Assembly: GCF_000143415.4 (NCBI RefSeq)
Contig: NW_003314306.1
Coordinates: forward strand, 996,815 to 1,060,814
DNA length: 64,000 nucleotides
DNA from: Selaginella moellendorffii
Lineage: Eukaryota; Plantae; Lycopodiophyta
Direction: 5' to 3'
Shown: piece after piece, positions 23,880 to 38,129 of the stretch
How the letters are laid out: every line of letters starts with the position of its first letter
Position numbering within the stretch: position 1 is the first letter of the stretch
The notes under the pieces: generated by a model
Databases searched by the model: none
What the model saw: only the letters and a program-made list of their open reading frames with translations
Told to the model about the DNA's origin: nothing
Program-made: the position numbers and the translations under genes

Positions 23880-26800
23880 AAAATTTCATTTAATCCGATT
23901 GAATAAAAAATAAATAATATATACAATGTTTATGCTCTATGGCTACAAAGAAGAAAAGAAGGTCAGTGTATGAGAAAAATACATTTCAATCAATACCTTT
24001 TTACTTTCCTTGATAATGGTCTTTATGCTTTATACTTGCCAAAGAGAAAACAGAATTAGTGCATGAAAAAAATGTATTTCAATCAATACATTTGAGGTGG
24101 TTGCCAAAATGACGGTGGTGAGCCGTGTGGAGGTGGTAGAGATGGTGGCGAAGATGGTGGCAGCCGAGGTGATAAGTGGTGTGAAGGTGGTAGAGATGGA
24201 AATGGCAGCAACTTTGGCACCAATAATGGTGACAAACATGGTAGTAATGTCAATTTTGATGGAGGGGATGGTGGTGGAGGTGGTGGTGAAGATGGTGGGA
24301 GCAATGGTGGTGGAGATGATGGGAGTGGTAATGGTGGAGGTGGGATGGGAGGTGGTGGTGATGTTGAGAGGGGAGTTTTGATCCTAAATAAAAAATAAAT
24401 AATAAGATATAAAAAATACAATCCAAAAAACATACCATTATTTCCTCAAATTTCTTCTATTTATTGATGTTGTCTTTGTATGTTTTGAATTTTTGTTGGT
24501 AACCAAGGGCCATGAAAAATAATTAACCTTCTTGCATAGCAAGAGTTCCCACCCAATACTCTCCCACGTCTAAATTTCACTACACATAGTTGTATAGTGT
24601 GAACGCCAATTTGGCTACTTTTATACTCGTTATGTGGCATAACCAAACCACCTAAAAAGAACTATAAAATGAAAAAATCCATTCTAAAACAACATTTTGC
24701 AAAGCAATCTCCACTTTAACATCCAATGCAACACTAGCAACTTATGTTGAAAGAAATTCTAAACAGTCGGAATTGTTGTTGAAAAATGAAGGTCCTCATA
24801 AATCCCATTTTAAAAATCTAATAAATCCCCCTTGGCTCTAAAAGGACCAATTTATGGTGGTGTGNNNNNNNNNNNNNNNNNNNNNNNNNNNNNNNNNNNN
24901 NNNNNNNNNNNNNNNNNNNNNNNNNNNNNNNNNNNNNNNNNNNNNNNNNNNNNNNNNNNNNNNNNNNNNNNNNNNNNNNNNNNNNNNNNNNNNNNNNNNN
25001 NNNNNNNNNNNNNNNNNNNNNNNNNNNNNNNNNNNNNNNNNNNNNNNNNNNNNNNNNNNNNNNNNNNNNNNNNNNNNNNNNNNNNNNNNNNNNNNNNNNN
25101 NNNNNNNNNNNNNNNNNNNNNNNNNNNNNNNNNNNNNNNNNNNNNNNNNNNNNNNNNNNNNNNNNNNNNNNNNNNNNNNNNNNNNNNNNNNNNNNNNNNN
25201 NNNNNNNNNNNNNNNNNNNNNNNNNNNNNNNNNNNNNNNNNNNNNNNNNNNNNNNNNNNNNNNNNNNNNNNNNNNNNNNNNNNNNNNNNNNNNNNNNNNN
25301 NNNNNNNNNNNNNNNNNNNNNNNNNNNNNNNNNNNNNNNNNNNNNNNNNNNNNNNNNNNNNNNNNNNNNNNNNNNNNNNNNNNNNNNNNNNNNNNNNNNN
25401 NNNNNNNNNNNNNNNNNNNNNNNNNNNNNNNNNNNNNNNNNNNNNNNNNNNNNCAATCGACTGCTATTTTTTTAATAAGCAAGGGCCATGAAAAAAAGTT
25501 GACTCCCTGCATAGCAAGAGTTCCCACCTAATGCTCTCCTATATGTCCAGATTTCACTACACATAATTGTATAGTGTGAACACCAACTTAGCCACTTCTA
25601 TACTCGTGATGTGGCACAACCAAACAGTAAAAATTGTAAAAATTCCACAGTAATTCCATATTAATTCCATAGTATTCCACAAAATTCCATAGAAAAAATT
25701 CCATCTGATCCGATTGAATAAAAAATATGTGGTATATACAGCATTTATGCTCTATAGCTTCAAAGAAGAAGAGAAGGTCAGTTTATGAGAAGAATGCATC
25801 TCAGTCAATACCTTTCTACTTTCCTTGGTAGTGGTCTTTACACTCTATGCTTGCCAAAGTGAAAACAAGGCTAGTGCATGAAAAGAATGTATCTCAATTA
25901 ATACATTAGAGATGGTTGCCGAAGTGACGGTGGTGAGCCGTGTGGAGGTGGTAGGGATGGTAGTGGAGATGGTGGCAGCCAAGGTGATGAGTGGTGTGGA
26001 GGTGGCAAAGATGGAGATAGCAGTGACTTTGGCGGCAATGGTGGTGACAGGCATTGTGGTAGTGTTGATTTTGATGGAGGGGATGGTGGTGGAGGTGGTG
26101 GTGGAGATGGTGAAAGCAATGGTGGTGAAGATGATGGGAGCGGCAGTGGAGATGATGGGAGTGGTAGTGGTGGAGGTGGGATGGGAGGTGGTGGTGATGC
26201 TGGGAGGGGAGTCTCCATCCTAAATAAGAAAAACAAATAGTAAGATATAAAAATTACAATCCAGAAAACATACCACTACTTTAAATTTCTTTCATTCATT
26301 GATATCGTCTTTGTATATTTCGAATTTTTGTTGGTAGCCAAGAGCCATAAAAAACAATTAACCTCCTTCCACAGCAAGAGTTCCCACCCAATGCTCTCCC
26401 ACATATCCAAATTTCACTACATATAGTTGTATAGTGTGTTGTGATGTGGCACAACCAGACCACCTAAAAAGAATTGTAAAATAAAGAAATCCATTCTAAA
26501 ACAACCTTTTGCAAAGCAATCTCCACTCTAGCATCCAATGCAACCCTAGCAACTTATGTTGAAAGAAATTCTAAATAGTCAAAGTTGTTGAAAAATAGTT
26601 TTGAAAGAGGTCCCTTTAAATCCCATTTTCAAAAGATCTCATAAATCCTCTTTATCCCTAGAAGAACCAATTTATGGTAGCGTGCGGTGCAGTATAAGGG
26701 TGATATGGAGAGGGTTTGGCAAGGCACTTACCAAAACTTATGTAACTGGATACGATGGTGCTTGTGGTAAGCAAATATATTTCCTAGCAACTTTTTTATA

Positions 26801-29800
26801 GCTTTATTGATTAGCAGGCAATTAATGGGTTTAAGGTTGAATGTATTACATTCAAGCTATACCCTCGAGTGAACATTAGGAAAGGAAACAAGAAAATACA
26901 TTTTGTTTTCTCAAATGAAGTGACTATGGAAAAAATGCAATCCCTTATGTAAAAATTTCATGTGATCCCATTGAATAAAAAATAAGTGGTATATACAACA
27001 TTTACGCTTTATGACTGCAAAGAAGATAAAAAGGTCAATGTATGAGAAGAATGCATCTTAATCAATACCTTTCCACTTTCCTTGGTGGTAGTTTTTACAC
27101 TCTATGCTTGCCAAAAAGAAAATAAGGTCAGTGCATGAGAAGAATGTATTTCAATCAATACATTGGAGGTGCTTGCCGAAGTGACGGTGGTGAGCCATGT
27201 GGAGGTGGCACGGATGGTGGCGGAGATAGTGGCAGCCGAGGTGATGAGTGGTGTGGAGGTGGTAGAGATGGAGATGGGGTTGACTTTGGCAACAATGGTG
27301 GTGACAGGCATTATGGTAGTGGTAGTTTTGATGGAGGGGATGGTGGTGGAGGTGGTGGTGCGAATGGTGAGAGTAATGGTGGTGGAGATGATAGGAGCGG
27401 CAGTGAAGATGGTNNNNNNNNNNNNNNNNNNNNNNNNNNNNNNNNNNNNNNNNNNNNNNNNNNNNNNNNNNNNNNNNNNNNNNNNNNNNNNNNNNNNNNN
27501 NNNNNNNNNNNNNTGAGAGTGGCAGTGGTGGAGGTGGGATGAGAGGTGGTGGTGATGCTGGGAGGGGAGTTTCGATTCTAAATAAAAAACAAATAGTAAG
27601 ATATAAAAAATATAATTTGGAAAACATACCACTACTTCTTTAAACGTTTTATATTTATTGATATCGTCTTTGTATATTTCGAATTTTGTTAGTAAGCAAG
27701 AGCCATATAAAATAGTTGATCTCCCTACACAATAAAAGTTCCCACCCAGTGCTCTCCCACACGTTTAAATTTCACTACACATAGTTGTATAGTGTGAACG
27801 CTAACTTGGCCATTTTTATACTCGTGATATGGCACAACCAAACTACCTAAAAAGAATTGTAAAATGAAAAACATCCATTCTAAAATAACCTTTTGCAAAA
27901 CAATTTCCGCTCTAACATCCAGCAACTTGTGTTAAAAGAAATTCTAAATAGTCAAAATTGTTGTTGAAAAATGCTTCTAGAGGAAGTCCTTTTAAATCTC
28001 ATGTTAAAAAAATCTCATAAATCCCCTTTATCCCTAAAAATATCAATTTATGGTGGTGTGCGGTACAGCATAAGAGTGGCATGGAGAGGGTTTGGCAAGG
28101 CCACCTAAACCAGACCACATAAAAAAAATTGTAAAATGAAAAAATCCATTTTAAAACAACCTTTTGCAAGGCAATTTCCATTATAGCATTCAATGCAACT
28201 TTAGCAACTTGTGTTGAAATAAATTCTAAATAGTCAGAGTTATCGTTGAAAATGCTTTTGGAGGAGGTCCTATTAAATCCCATCTTCAAAAGATCTCATA
28301 AATTCCCTTTAGCTCTAAAAGGACGAATTTATAGTGGCGTGCAGTGCAACATAAGGGTGGCATGGAGAGGGTTTGGCAAGGGACTTGCCAAGACTTATAT
28401 GATTAAAGACGATGGTGCTTGTGGTAAGAAAATATATTTCCTTTCGGCTAATAACTTTTTTACGGCTTTAATGATTAGCAGGTAAGTAATGGGTTTAAGG
28501 CTGAATATATTACATTCAAGCTATACCCCGGAGCAAACAGCAAGAGGGAAATAAAAAAATTCTTTTTATTTTTTCAAATGAAGCGACTATAGACAAAATG
28601 CGATTCTTAATGTAAAAATTCCATTCGATCCTATTGAATAAAAAATAAGTGGTATGTATAACATTTATGCTCTATGGTTGCAAAAAAAAAAGGAAGGGAA
28701 ATGAGAAAATACATTTTGTCTTCTCAAATGAAGCGACTATGAACAAAATGCAATCCTTAATGTAAAAATTCTGTGCAATCCCATTGAATAAAAAATAAGT
28801 GATATATACAACATTTACGCTCTATGGCTGCAAAGAAGAAAAAAAAGTTAGTTTATGAGAAGAATGCATCTCAATTAATACATTTCTGCTTTCCTTGGTA
28901 GTGGTTTTTATGCTCTATGTTTGCCAAAGAGGAAAACAAAGTCAATGCATAAAAAAAATATCTCTCAATCAATACATTGAAGGCGGTTATCAAAATGACG
29001 GTGGTGAGCCGTGTGGAGGTGGCAGAGATGGTGGCGAATATGGTGGCAGCTGAGGTGATGAGTGGTGTGGAGGTGGTAAAGATAGAGATGGCATTAACTT
29101 TGGCGATAATAATAATGACAGGCATAGCGGTAGTGTTGATTTTAATGGAGGGGATGGTGGTGGAAGTGGTGGTGGAGATGGTGAGGGCAATGATGGTGGA
29201 GATGATGGGAGTGACAGTGGAGATGGTAGTAGAGATGATGGGAGTGGCAATGGTGGAGGTGGGATGGGAGGTGGTGGTGATACTGGGAGGGGAGTTTCGA
29301 TTTTAAATAAAAAACAAATAGTAAAATATAAAAAATACAATCCAAAAAACATACCACTATTTCCTCAAATTTCTTTCATTCATTGATGTTATCTTTGTAT
29401 ATTTCGAATTTTTGTTGGTAACCAAGGGCCATGAAAAACAATTGACCTCCCTGCACAGTAATAATTTCCACCCAATGCTCTTCCATATGTCTAAATTTCA
29501 TTACACATAATTATATAGTGTGAATGCCAATTTAGCCACTTTTATACTTGTGATGTGGCACAATTAAACCACCTAAAAAGAATTGCAAAATGAAAAAACT
29601 CCATTCTAAAATAATCTTTTGCAAAGCAATTTCCACTTTAACATTCAATGTGACCCTAGCAACTTGTATTGAAAAAAATTTTAAACAGTCAAAGTTGTTA
29701 AAAATTGTTTGTAGAGGATGTCCTTTTAAATTCCATCTTAAAAAAATGTCATAAATCCTCTTTAGCCCTAAAAGAACTAATTTATGGTAGCGTGCGGTAC

Positions 29801-32800
29801 AGCATAAGAGTGGCATAGAGAGGGTTTGACAAGGCCACCTAAACCAAACCATATAAAAAATATTGTAAAATGAAAAAATCCATTTTAAAACAACCTTTTG
29901 AAAGGTAATTTCCACTCTAGCCTCCAATGCAATTTTAGCAACTTGTGTTAAAATAAAGTCTAAATAGTCAGAGTTGTCGTTGAAAAATGCTTTTGGAAGA
30001 GGTCCCGTTAAATCCCATTTTTAAAAGATCTCAAAAATTCCCTTTAGCCCTAAAAGGACGAATTTATAGTGGTGTGCAGTGCAATATAAGGGTGGCATAG
30101 AGAGGGTTTGGCAAGGGACTTGCTAAGACCCATATGACTAGAGACGATGGTGTTTATGATAAAAAAATATATTTCATTCTGGCTAACAACTTTTTTGCAG
30201 CTTTATTGATTAGCAGGTAAGTAATAGGTTTAAGGCTGAATATATTACATTCGAGCTATACCCCAGAGCAAACAGCAAGAGGGAAATAAGAAAATATATT
30301 TTATTTTTTTGAATGAAGTGACTATAGACAAAATGCGATTCTTAATGTAAAAATTCCATTCGATCCTATTGAATAAAAAATAAGTGGTATATATAACATT
30401 TATGTTCTATGGCTACAAAAACAAAAAAAAGGGAAATGAGAAAATACATTTTGTCTTCTCAAATGAAGCAACTATGAACAAAATGCAATCCCTAATATAA
30501 AAATTCTGTGCAATCCCATTAGAAAAAAATAAGTGATATATACAACATTTACGCTCTATAGCTGCAAAGAAAAAAAAAGTTAGTTTATGAGAATAATGCA
30601 TCTCAATTAATACATTTCCGCTTTCCTTGGTAGTGGTCTTTATGCTCTATGTTTGCCAAAGAGGAAAACAAAGTCAATGCATAAAAAAAATATATCTCAA
30701 TCAATACATTGGAGGCAGTTGCCGAAATGACAATGGTGAGCCGTGTGGAAGTGGCAGGGATGGTGGCGGAGATAGTGGTAATTGAGGTGATGAGTGGTGT
30801 GAAGGTGGTGGAGATGGAGATGGTAGCAACTTTGGTAGCAATGGTGGTGATAGACATGGTGGTAGTGTTGATTTTGATGGAGGGGATGGTGGTGGAAGTG
30901 GTGGTGAAGATGGTGGGAGCAATGGTGGTGGAGATGATGGGAGTGACAGTGGAGATGGTAGTGGAAATGATAGGAATGGCAATGGTAGAGGTGGGATGGG
31001 AGGTGGTGGTGATGCTGGGAGGGGAGTTTCCATCCTAAATAAAAAATAAATAGTAAGATATAAAAAATACAATTCAAAAAATATACCACTACTTCCTCAA
31101 ATTTCTTTCATTCATTAATGTTGTCTTTGTATGTTTCAAATTTTTGTTGATAACCAAGGGCCATGAAAAACAATTGACCTCCCTGCACAGCAATAGTTCT
31201 CACCCAATGCTCTTCTACACGTCCAAATTTCATTACACATAGTTGTATAGTGTGACCGCCAACTTAGCCACTTTTATACTCGTGATGTGGCACAACCAAA
31301 CAACCTAAAAAGAACTGTAAAATGAAAAAATCCATTCTAAAACAACGTTTTGCAAGGCAATCTCCACTCTAGCATCCAATACAACCCTAACAACTTGTGT
31401 TGAAAGGAATTCTAAACAATCAAAGTTGTTAAAAAGTGCTTCTAGAGGAGGTTCCCTTAAATCCCATCTTCAAAAGACATAATAAATCCCTTTTACCCCT
31501 AAAAGGATCAATTTATGGTGGTGTGCGAACATTAAGAGGGAAATGAGAAAATACATTTTATTTTTTCAAATGAAGCGACTATAGACAAAATGCGATTCCT
31601 GATGTAAAAATTCCATTCGATCCTATTGAATAAAAAATAAGTGGGATATATAACATTTATGCTCTATGGCTACAACAAAAAAAAGGAAGGGAAACGAGAA
31701 AATACATTTTGTTTTCTCAAATGAAGCGACTATGAACAAAATGCAATCCCTAATATAAAAATTCTGTGCAATCCCATTAGAAAAAAATAAGTGGTATATA
31801 CAACATTTACGCTTTATAGCTGCAAAGAAGAAAAAAATGTTAGTTTATGAGAAGAATGCATCTCAATTAATACATTTCCGTTTTCTCTAGTGGTGGTCTT
31901 TATGCTCTATGTTTGCCAAAGAGGAAAACAAGGTCAATGCAAAAAAAAAATATATCTCAATCAATACATTGGAGGCGGTTATCAAAATGACAATGGTGAG
32001 CCGTGTGGACGTGGTAGAGATGGTGGCGGAGATGATGGCAGCTGAGATGATAAGTGGTGTGGAGGTGGTAAAGATAAAAATGGCACTGACTTTGGCGACA
32101 ATGGTAGTGACAGGCATAGCGGTAGTGTTGATTTTGATGAAGGGGATGGTGGTGGAAGTGGTGGAAGTGGTGGTGGAGATGGTGGGAATAATGATGGTGG
32201 AGATGATGGAAGTGACAGTGAAGATGGTAATGGAGATGATGGGAATGGCAATGGTGGAGGTGGGATGGGAGGTGGTGGTGATGCTAAGAGGGGAGTCTCC
32301 ATCCTAAATTAAAAATAAATAGTAAGATATAAAAAATACAATCCAGAAAACATACCACTACTTCCTCAAATTTCTTTTATTCATTGATGTTGTCTTTGTA
32401 TATTTTAAATTTTTGTTGGTAACCAAGGGCCATGAAAAACAATTAACCTCCCTTCACAGTAATAGTTCCCACCCAATGTTCTTCCACACGTCCAAATTTC
32501 ATTACACATACTTATATAGTGTGAACACCAACTTAGCCACTTTATACTCGTGATGTGGCATAACCAAACCACCTAAAAAGAACTATAAAATAAAAAAATC
32601 CATTCTAAAACAATATTTTGCAAGGTAATCTCCACTCTAGCATCTAATGCAACCCTAGCAACTTGTGTTGAAAGGAATTCTAAATAATCAGAGTTGTTGT
32701 TAAAAAGTGTTTTTAGAGGAGGTCCCTTTAAATCCTATCTTCAAAAGACCTCATAAATCCCCTTTACCCCTAAAAGGACCAATTTATAGTGGCGTGCGGT

Positions 32801-35800
32801 GCAGCATAAGGGTGGCATAGAGAGGGTTTAGCAAGGCCACCTAAAAAGAACTGTAAAATGGGTGAACATCAAAAAAGGAAACAAGAAAATACATTTTGTA
32901 TATACAACATTTACGCTCTATAGCTGCAAAAAAATAAAGACGGTCAGTTTATAAGAAGAATACATCTCAATCAATACCTTTTTACTTTTCTTGGTGTGGT
33001 CTTTATGCTCTATGTTTGCCAAAAATAAATAAGGCCGGGCAAAGGCAAGGTATCGCAATCAAACAATAGACCGGTTGGTAAAGTGACGTGGTTATTCGTC
33101 GGAGTTTCAGAGATGTTCGCGGAGATGGTGGCAACCGAGATGATGAATGGTCTGGAGGTGGTAAAGATGGAGATGGTACACTTTGGCACAATAATGGTGA
33201 CAGATATAGTGGTAATGCTAATTTTGATGGAGGGGATGGTGGTGGAAGTGGTGGTGGAGATGGTGGGAGCAATGGTTGTAGAAATGATGGGAGCGGTAGT
33301 GGAGATGGTAGTGGAGATGATGGGAGTGGCAATGGTGGAAGTGGGATGAGAGATAGTGGTGATGTTGGGAGGGGAGTCTCGATTCTAAAAAAAACAAATA
33401 ATAAGATATAAAAAATACAATCCAAAAAACAAATCACTACTTCCTCAAATTTCTTTCATTCATTGATGTTGTCTTTGTATGTTTTGAATTTTTGTTGGTA
33501 ACCAAGGGCCATAAAAAATAGTTGACCTCCCTGCATAGCAAGAGTTTCCACTTAATGCTCTCCCACATGTCCAAATTTCATTACACATACTTGTATAGTG
33601 TGAACACCAACTTGGCCACTTTTATACTCGTGATGTGGCACAACCAAACCACCTAAAAAGAACTGTAAAATAAAAAAATCCATTCTAAAACAACCTTTTG
33701 CAAGGCAATCTCCACTCTAGCATTCAATGCAACCCTAGTAACTTGTGTTGAAAGGAATTCTAAACAATCAGAGTTATTGTTAAAAAGTGTTTTTAGAAGA
33801 GGTCCCCTTAAATCCCATCTTCAAAAAACTTCATAAATCTTTTTTACCCCTAAAAAGACCAATTTATAGTGGCGTGTGGTGTAGCATAAGGGTGGCATAG
33901 AGATGGTTTAGCAAAGCCACCTAAAAAAAATTGTAAAATGAGCAAACATCAGAAAAGGAAACGAGAAAATACATTTTGTCTTCTTGAATGAAGTGACTAT
34001 GAACAAAATATAATCCCTAATGTAAAAATTTTGTGCGATCCCATTGAATAAAAAATAAGTGGTATATACGCAAAAAATAAAAAAATGTCAATTTATGAGA
34101 AGAATGCATTTCAATCAATACCTTTCTGCTTTCCTTGGTGGTGGTCTTTATGCTCTATATTTGCCAAAGAGGAAAACAAGATCAGTGCATAAGAAGTATG
34201 TATCTCAATCAATATATTGAAAGTGGTTGCCGAAATGACAATGGTGAGTCGTGTGGAGGTGGCAAGGATGGTGGTGGAGATGGTGGCAAAGATGGTGGCA
34301 GTCGAAGTGATGAGTGGTGTGGGGTGGCAAAGATGAAGATGGCAGCGACTTTGGTGGCAATGGTGGTGACAGGCATTGTGGTAGTGCCGATTTTGATGGA
34401 GGGGATGGTGGTGAAAATGGTGGGAGCAATGGTGATGAAGATGATGGGAGTGGCAGTGAAGATGGCATTGGAGATGATGGGAGTGGCAGTGGTGGAGATG
34501 GGATGGGAGATGGTGGTGATGCTAGGAGGGGAGTCCTGATCCTAAATAAGAAAAACAAATAGTAAGATATATAAAAAATGCAATCCAAAAGACATACTAC
34601 TACTTCCTCAAATTTCTTTCATTCATTGATGTCATCTTTATATATTTCGAATTTTTTTTAGTAAGCAAGGGCTATATAAAATAATTGACCTCCCTACATA
34701 GCAAAAGTTTCCATCCAATGCTCTTCTACATGTCTAAATTTCACTACACATAGTTGTATAGTGTGAATGCCAACTTGGCCACTTTTATATTTTTGATATG
34801 GCTCAACTAAACCACCTAAAAAGAATTGTAAAATGAAGAAATTTATTCTAAAACAACCTTTTGCAAAACAATCTCCACTCTAACATCCAATACAACCCTA
34901 ACAACTTGTGTTAAAAAAAATTCTAAATAGTCAGAGTTATTGAAAAGTGCTTTTAGAGGAGGCCCCCTTAAATCCTATCTTCAAAAGCCCTTTACCCCTA
35001 AAAGGACCAATTTATGGTGTGGTGGAGCATAAGGGTGGTATAGAGAGAGTTTGGCAAGGCCATCTAAACCAACCACCTAAAAAGAATTGTAAAATGATCA
35101 AATATCAAGAAGGGAAATAAGAAAATACATTTTATCTTCTCGAATGAAACGACTATAAACAAAATGCGAGGTCAATGTATGAGAAGAATGCATCTCAATC
35201 AATACCTTTCCGTTGTCCTTAGTGGTGGTTTTTATGCTCTATGCTTGCTAAAGAGAAAAACAAGGTCAGTGCATGAGAAGAATGTTCTCAATCAATACAT
35301 TAGAGGTGGTTGTTAAAGTGATAGTGGTGAGTCGTGTGGAGGTGGCAGGGATGGTGGCGAAGATGGTGGCAGCCGAGGTGATGAGTGGTGTGGAGGTGGC
35401 AAAGATGGAGATGGCAGCGACTTTGGTGGCAATAGTGATGATAAACATTGTGGTAATGCCAATTTTGATAGAGGAGATGGTAGGAGTAATGGTGGTGGAG
35501 ATGATGGGAATGGCAGTGGAGATGGTAAAACAATAAGTGGTATATACAACGTTTATGCTCTATGGCTGCAAACGAAAAAAAGAAGTGGAGATGATGGGAG
35601 TGGCAGTGGTGGAGGTGGGATGGGAGGTGGTGGTGATGCTAGGAGGGGAGTTTTGATTCTAAATAAAAAACAAATAGTAATATATAAAAAGTACAATTCA
35701 AAAAACATTCTACTACTTCCTTAAACTTCTTCCATTCATTGAGGTCATCTTTGTATGTTTTGAATTTTTGTTGGTAACCAAGGGCTATGAAATATAGTTA

Positions 35801-36560
35801 ACCTCCTTGCATAGTAAGAGTTCCCACCCAATACTCTCTCACACATTCAAATTTCACTACACATAGTTATATAGTGTGAATGCCAACTTGGCCACTTCTA
35901 TACTCATGATGTGGCACAACTAAACCACCTAAAAAGAACTGCAAAATGAACAAATCCATTCTAAAACAGCCTTTTGCAAGGCAATCTCTACTCTAGCATC
36001 CAATACAATCTCAGAAACTTGTGTTAAAAGGAATTTTAAACAGTCAGAGTTATCATTAAAAAATGCTTTTGGAGGAGGTCCCCTTAAATTCCATTTTCAA
36101 AAAATCTCATAAATCCCCTTTGGCCTTAAAAAAACCAATTTATGGTGGTGTGCGGTGTAGCATAAAGGTGGCATGGAGAGGGTTTGGCAAAACACTTACC
36201 AAGATTTATGTGACCGGAGACAATGGTGCTTGTGATAAATAAATATATTTCCTTCTTACTAGCAACTCTCTTGCGGCTTTCTTAATTAGGAGGCAAGTAA
36301 TGGGTTTAAAGCTCAATGTATTATATTTGAACTATACCCTCAAGCTAACATTAGAAAGGAAAACGAGAAAATACATTTTTTCTTCTTGAATGAAGCGACT
36401 ATGGACAAAATGTGATCCCTGATCAAACCAATGTACAAGCTAATATTACTGGGAATTAAAGATTTTTCAATAAAACAAAACGATGAGAAAGCTAAACAGC
36501 CTGAAAAGGTACATATTTTTTTGTTGTTTTTCCTTTTGTTTTTTATGTTGTTTTTTTAGC
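23880..36560 (-). repeat. Tandem array (>=9 units, ~1.1-1.8 kb) of a CpG-decayed multi-exon gene with a Pro-rich exon
   Basis: GGT/GGA-rich blocks recur at ~24080, 25900, 27150, 28970, 30700, 31970, 33070, 34210 and 35290, with conserved flanking modules. The minus strand shows consistent splice signals. Confidence 0.9.
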
Positions 36561-36679
36561 ATGAAGCCTTTTGTTGATTTTCAGTGCTTAATTTATTGTA
36601 CTGAATAGATTAAACATTGGAATTGCAAAACTCATGATCAATTGCCTAGATAAAAAACTCAAGATTTCTCTTAGAATTT

Positions 36680-38095
36680 GATTTATTTTCATTTCAAAAA
36701 TATAGTGCTCACATATTTTTAGATTAGAGAATACCACTAAAAAGTAGAATACTATATCAATATCAAACACCTTCAAATGCGTAAAGAGTAATGAAAACAA
36801 TCCCTCCAAAGACAAAACATATGAAAAGGATTATTTTCATTACTCTTTAAACTTTTGAATAAGCTTAAAAGTAACATGGTATTTTCCTCCTTGGTGGTAT
36901 TCTTTAATCTATACACTAATAAAACATAAATAAAAATTAACTAATTACCAAGGAGGATTTTAAGGTTTTTGTTCAGACAATTGACCATGAGTTTTATAAT
37001 CTCAGTATAATATATTAAATACTAAATACTAAAAAAATAACATTAAAAAAAAGGAAAAACAACAAAAAACACATACCTTTCCAAACTGTACAACCCTCTC
37101 ATCGTGTTATCCCATTGAAATAAGAAATCTTCAATTCCCAATAGTGTTAATTTATATATTGGATTAATCTGGGATCATATTTTGTCCACAATCACTTTAT
37201 TTAAGGAGGCAAAATATATTTTCTCATCCTCCTTCCTAATTTTTGTTTGGGAGTATAAGTGAAATGTAATATTCACCTCCTAATCAAGAAAGCTGATAAT
37301 AGACCATATTTCCCAAAAACCCTTTCAGACTTAGAAAATCCATCTAAAACAATAAAGAAATCCATCTAAAACAATAAAGCATACCATTTCTAAGGGGAAA
37401 GAGAAGGAATCTAAAACAATAAAGCACAGCGTTTCTAAGGGAAAAAGGAAGGAAGGGAATGTACTTAAGAATTCTCTGCTACTACCACTACTAAAGTTGG
37501 GTCGCTAGAGTTCTTGGGCCATTGTTGTCAAGAATCGTTAATAAAAGAAAGAAGGAAAAAGGGGATTGCACTTGCTAGGGCTTCTTGATCAAGCACTCAC
37601 ATTGGAATGGAAATAAAAAGAAGATCTAGTGCTAAAGCGCATACCTTTTGAGGGAAGTGCTACTTCTCAAAAACTTTACCTCCTCCTAAAAGTTTATTTT
37701 CATTTCAAAAATCTAGTGCTCACATATTTTTAGATTAAAGAATACCACTAAAAAGTAGAATACTATATCAATATCAAACACCTTCAAATGCGTAAAGAGT
37801 AATGAAAACAATCCCTCCAGAGACAAAACATATGAAAAGGATTATTTTCATTACTCTTTAAACTTTTGAATAAGCTTAAAAGTAACATGGTATTTTCTTC
37901 CTTGGTGGTATTCTTTAATCTATACACTAATAAAACATAAATAAAAATTAACTAATTACCAAGGAGGATTTTAAGGTTTTTGTTTAGGCAATTGACCAGG
38001 AGTTTTATAACCTCAGTATAATATATTAAACACTGAAAATCAACAAAAGACTTCAAGTTAAAAAATAACATTAAAAAAAAAAAGAAAAACAACAA

Positions 38096-38129
<34 letters not shown>

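Noticed and set aside
21998-25531. Long ORFs of 200-430 aa in the track (also 16156-16491)
   Set aside because: They consist almost entirely of X from N-gaps.
24080-35660. Val/Met-rich, Gly/Asp-rich, His-rich and Thr-rich ORFs, or functional extensin genes
   Set aside because: These are alternative frames of one low-complexity GGT-rich block. Only the minus-strand Pro-rich frame fits splice phases, it has no signal peptide or Tyr motifs, and neighbouring exons carry stops.
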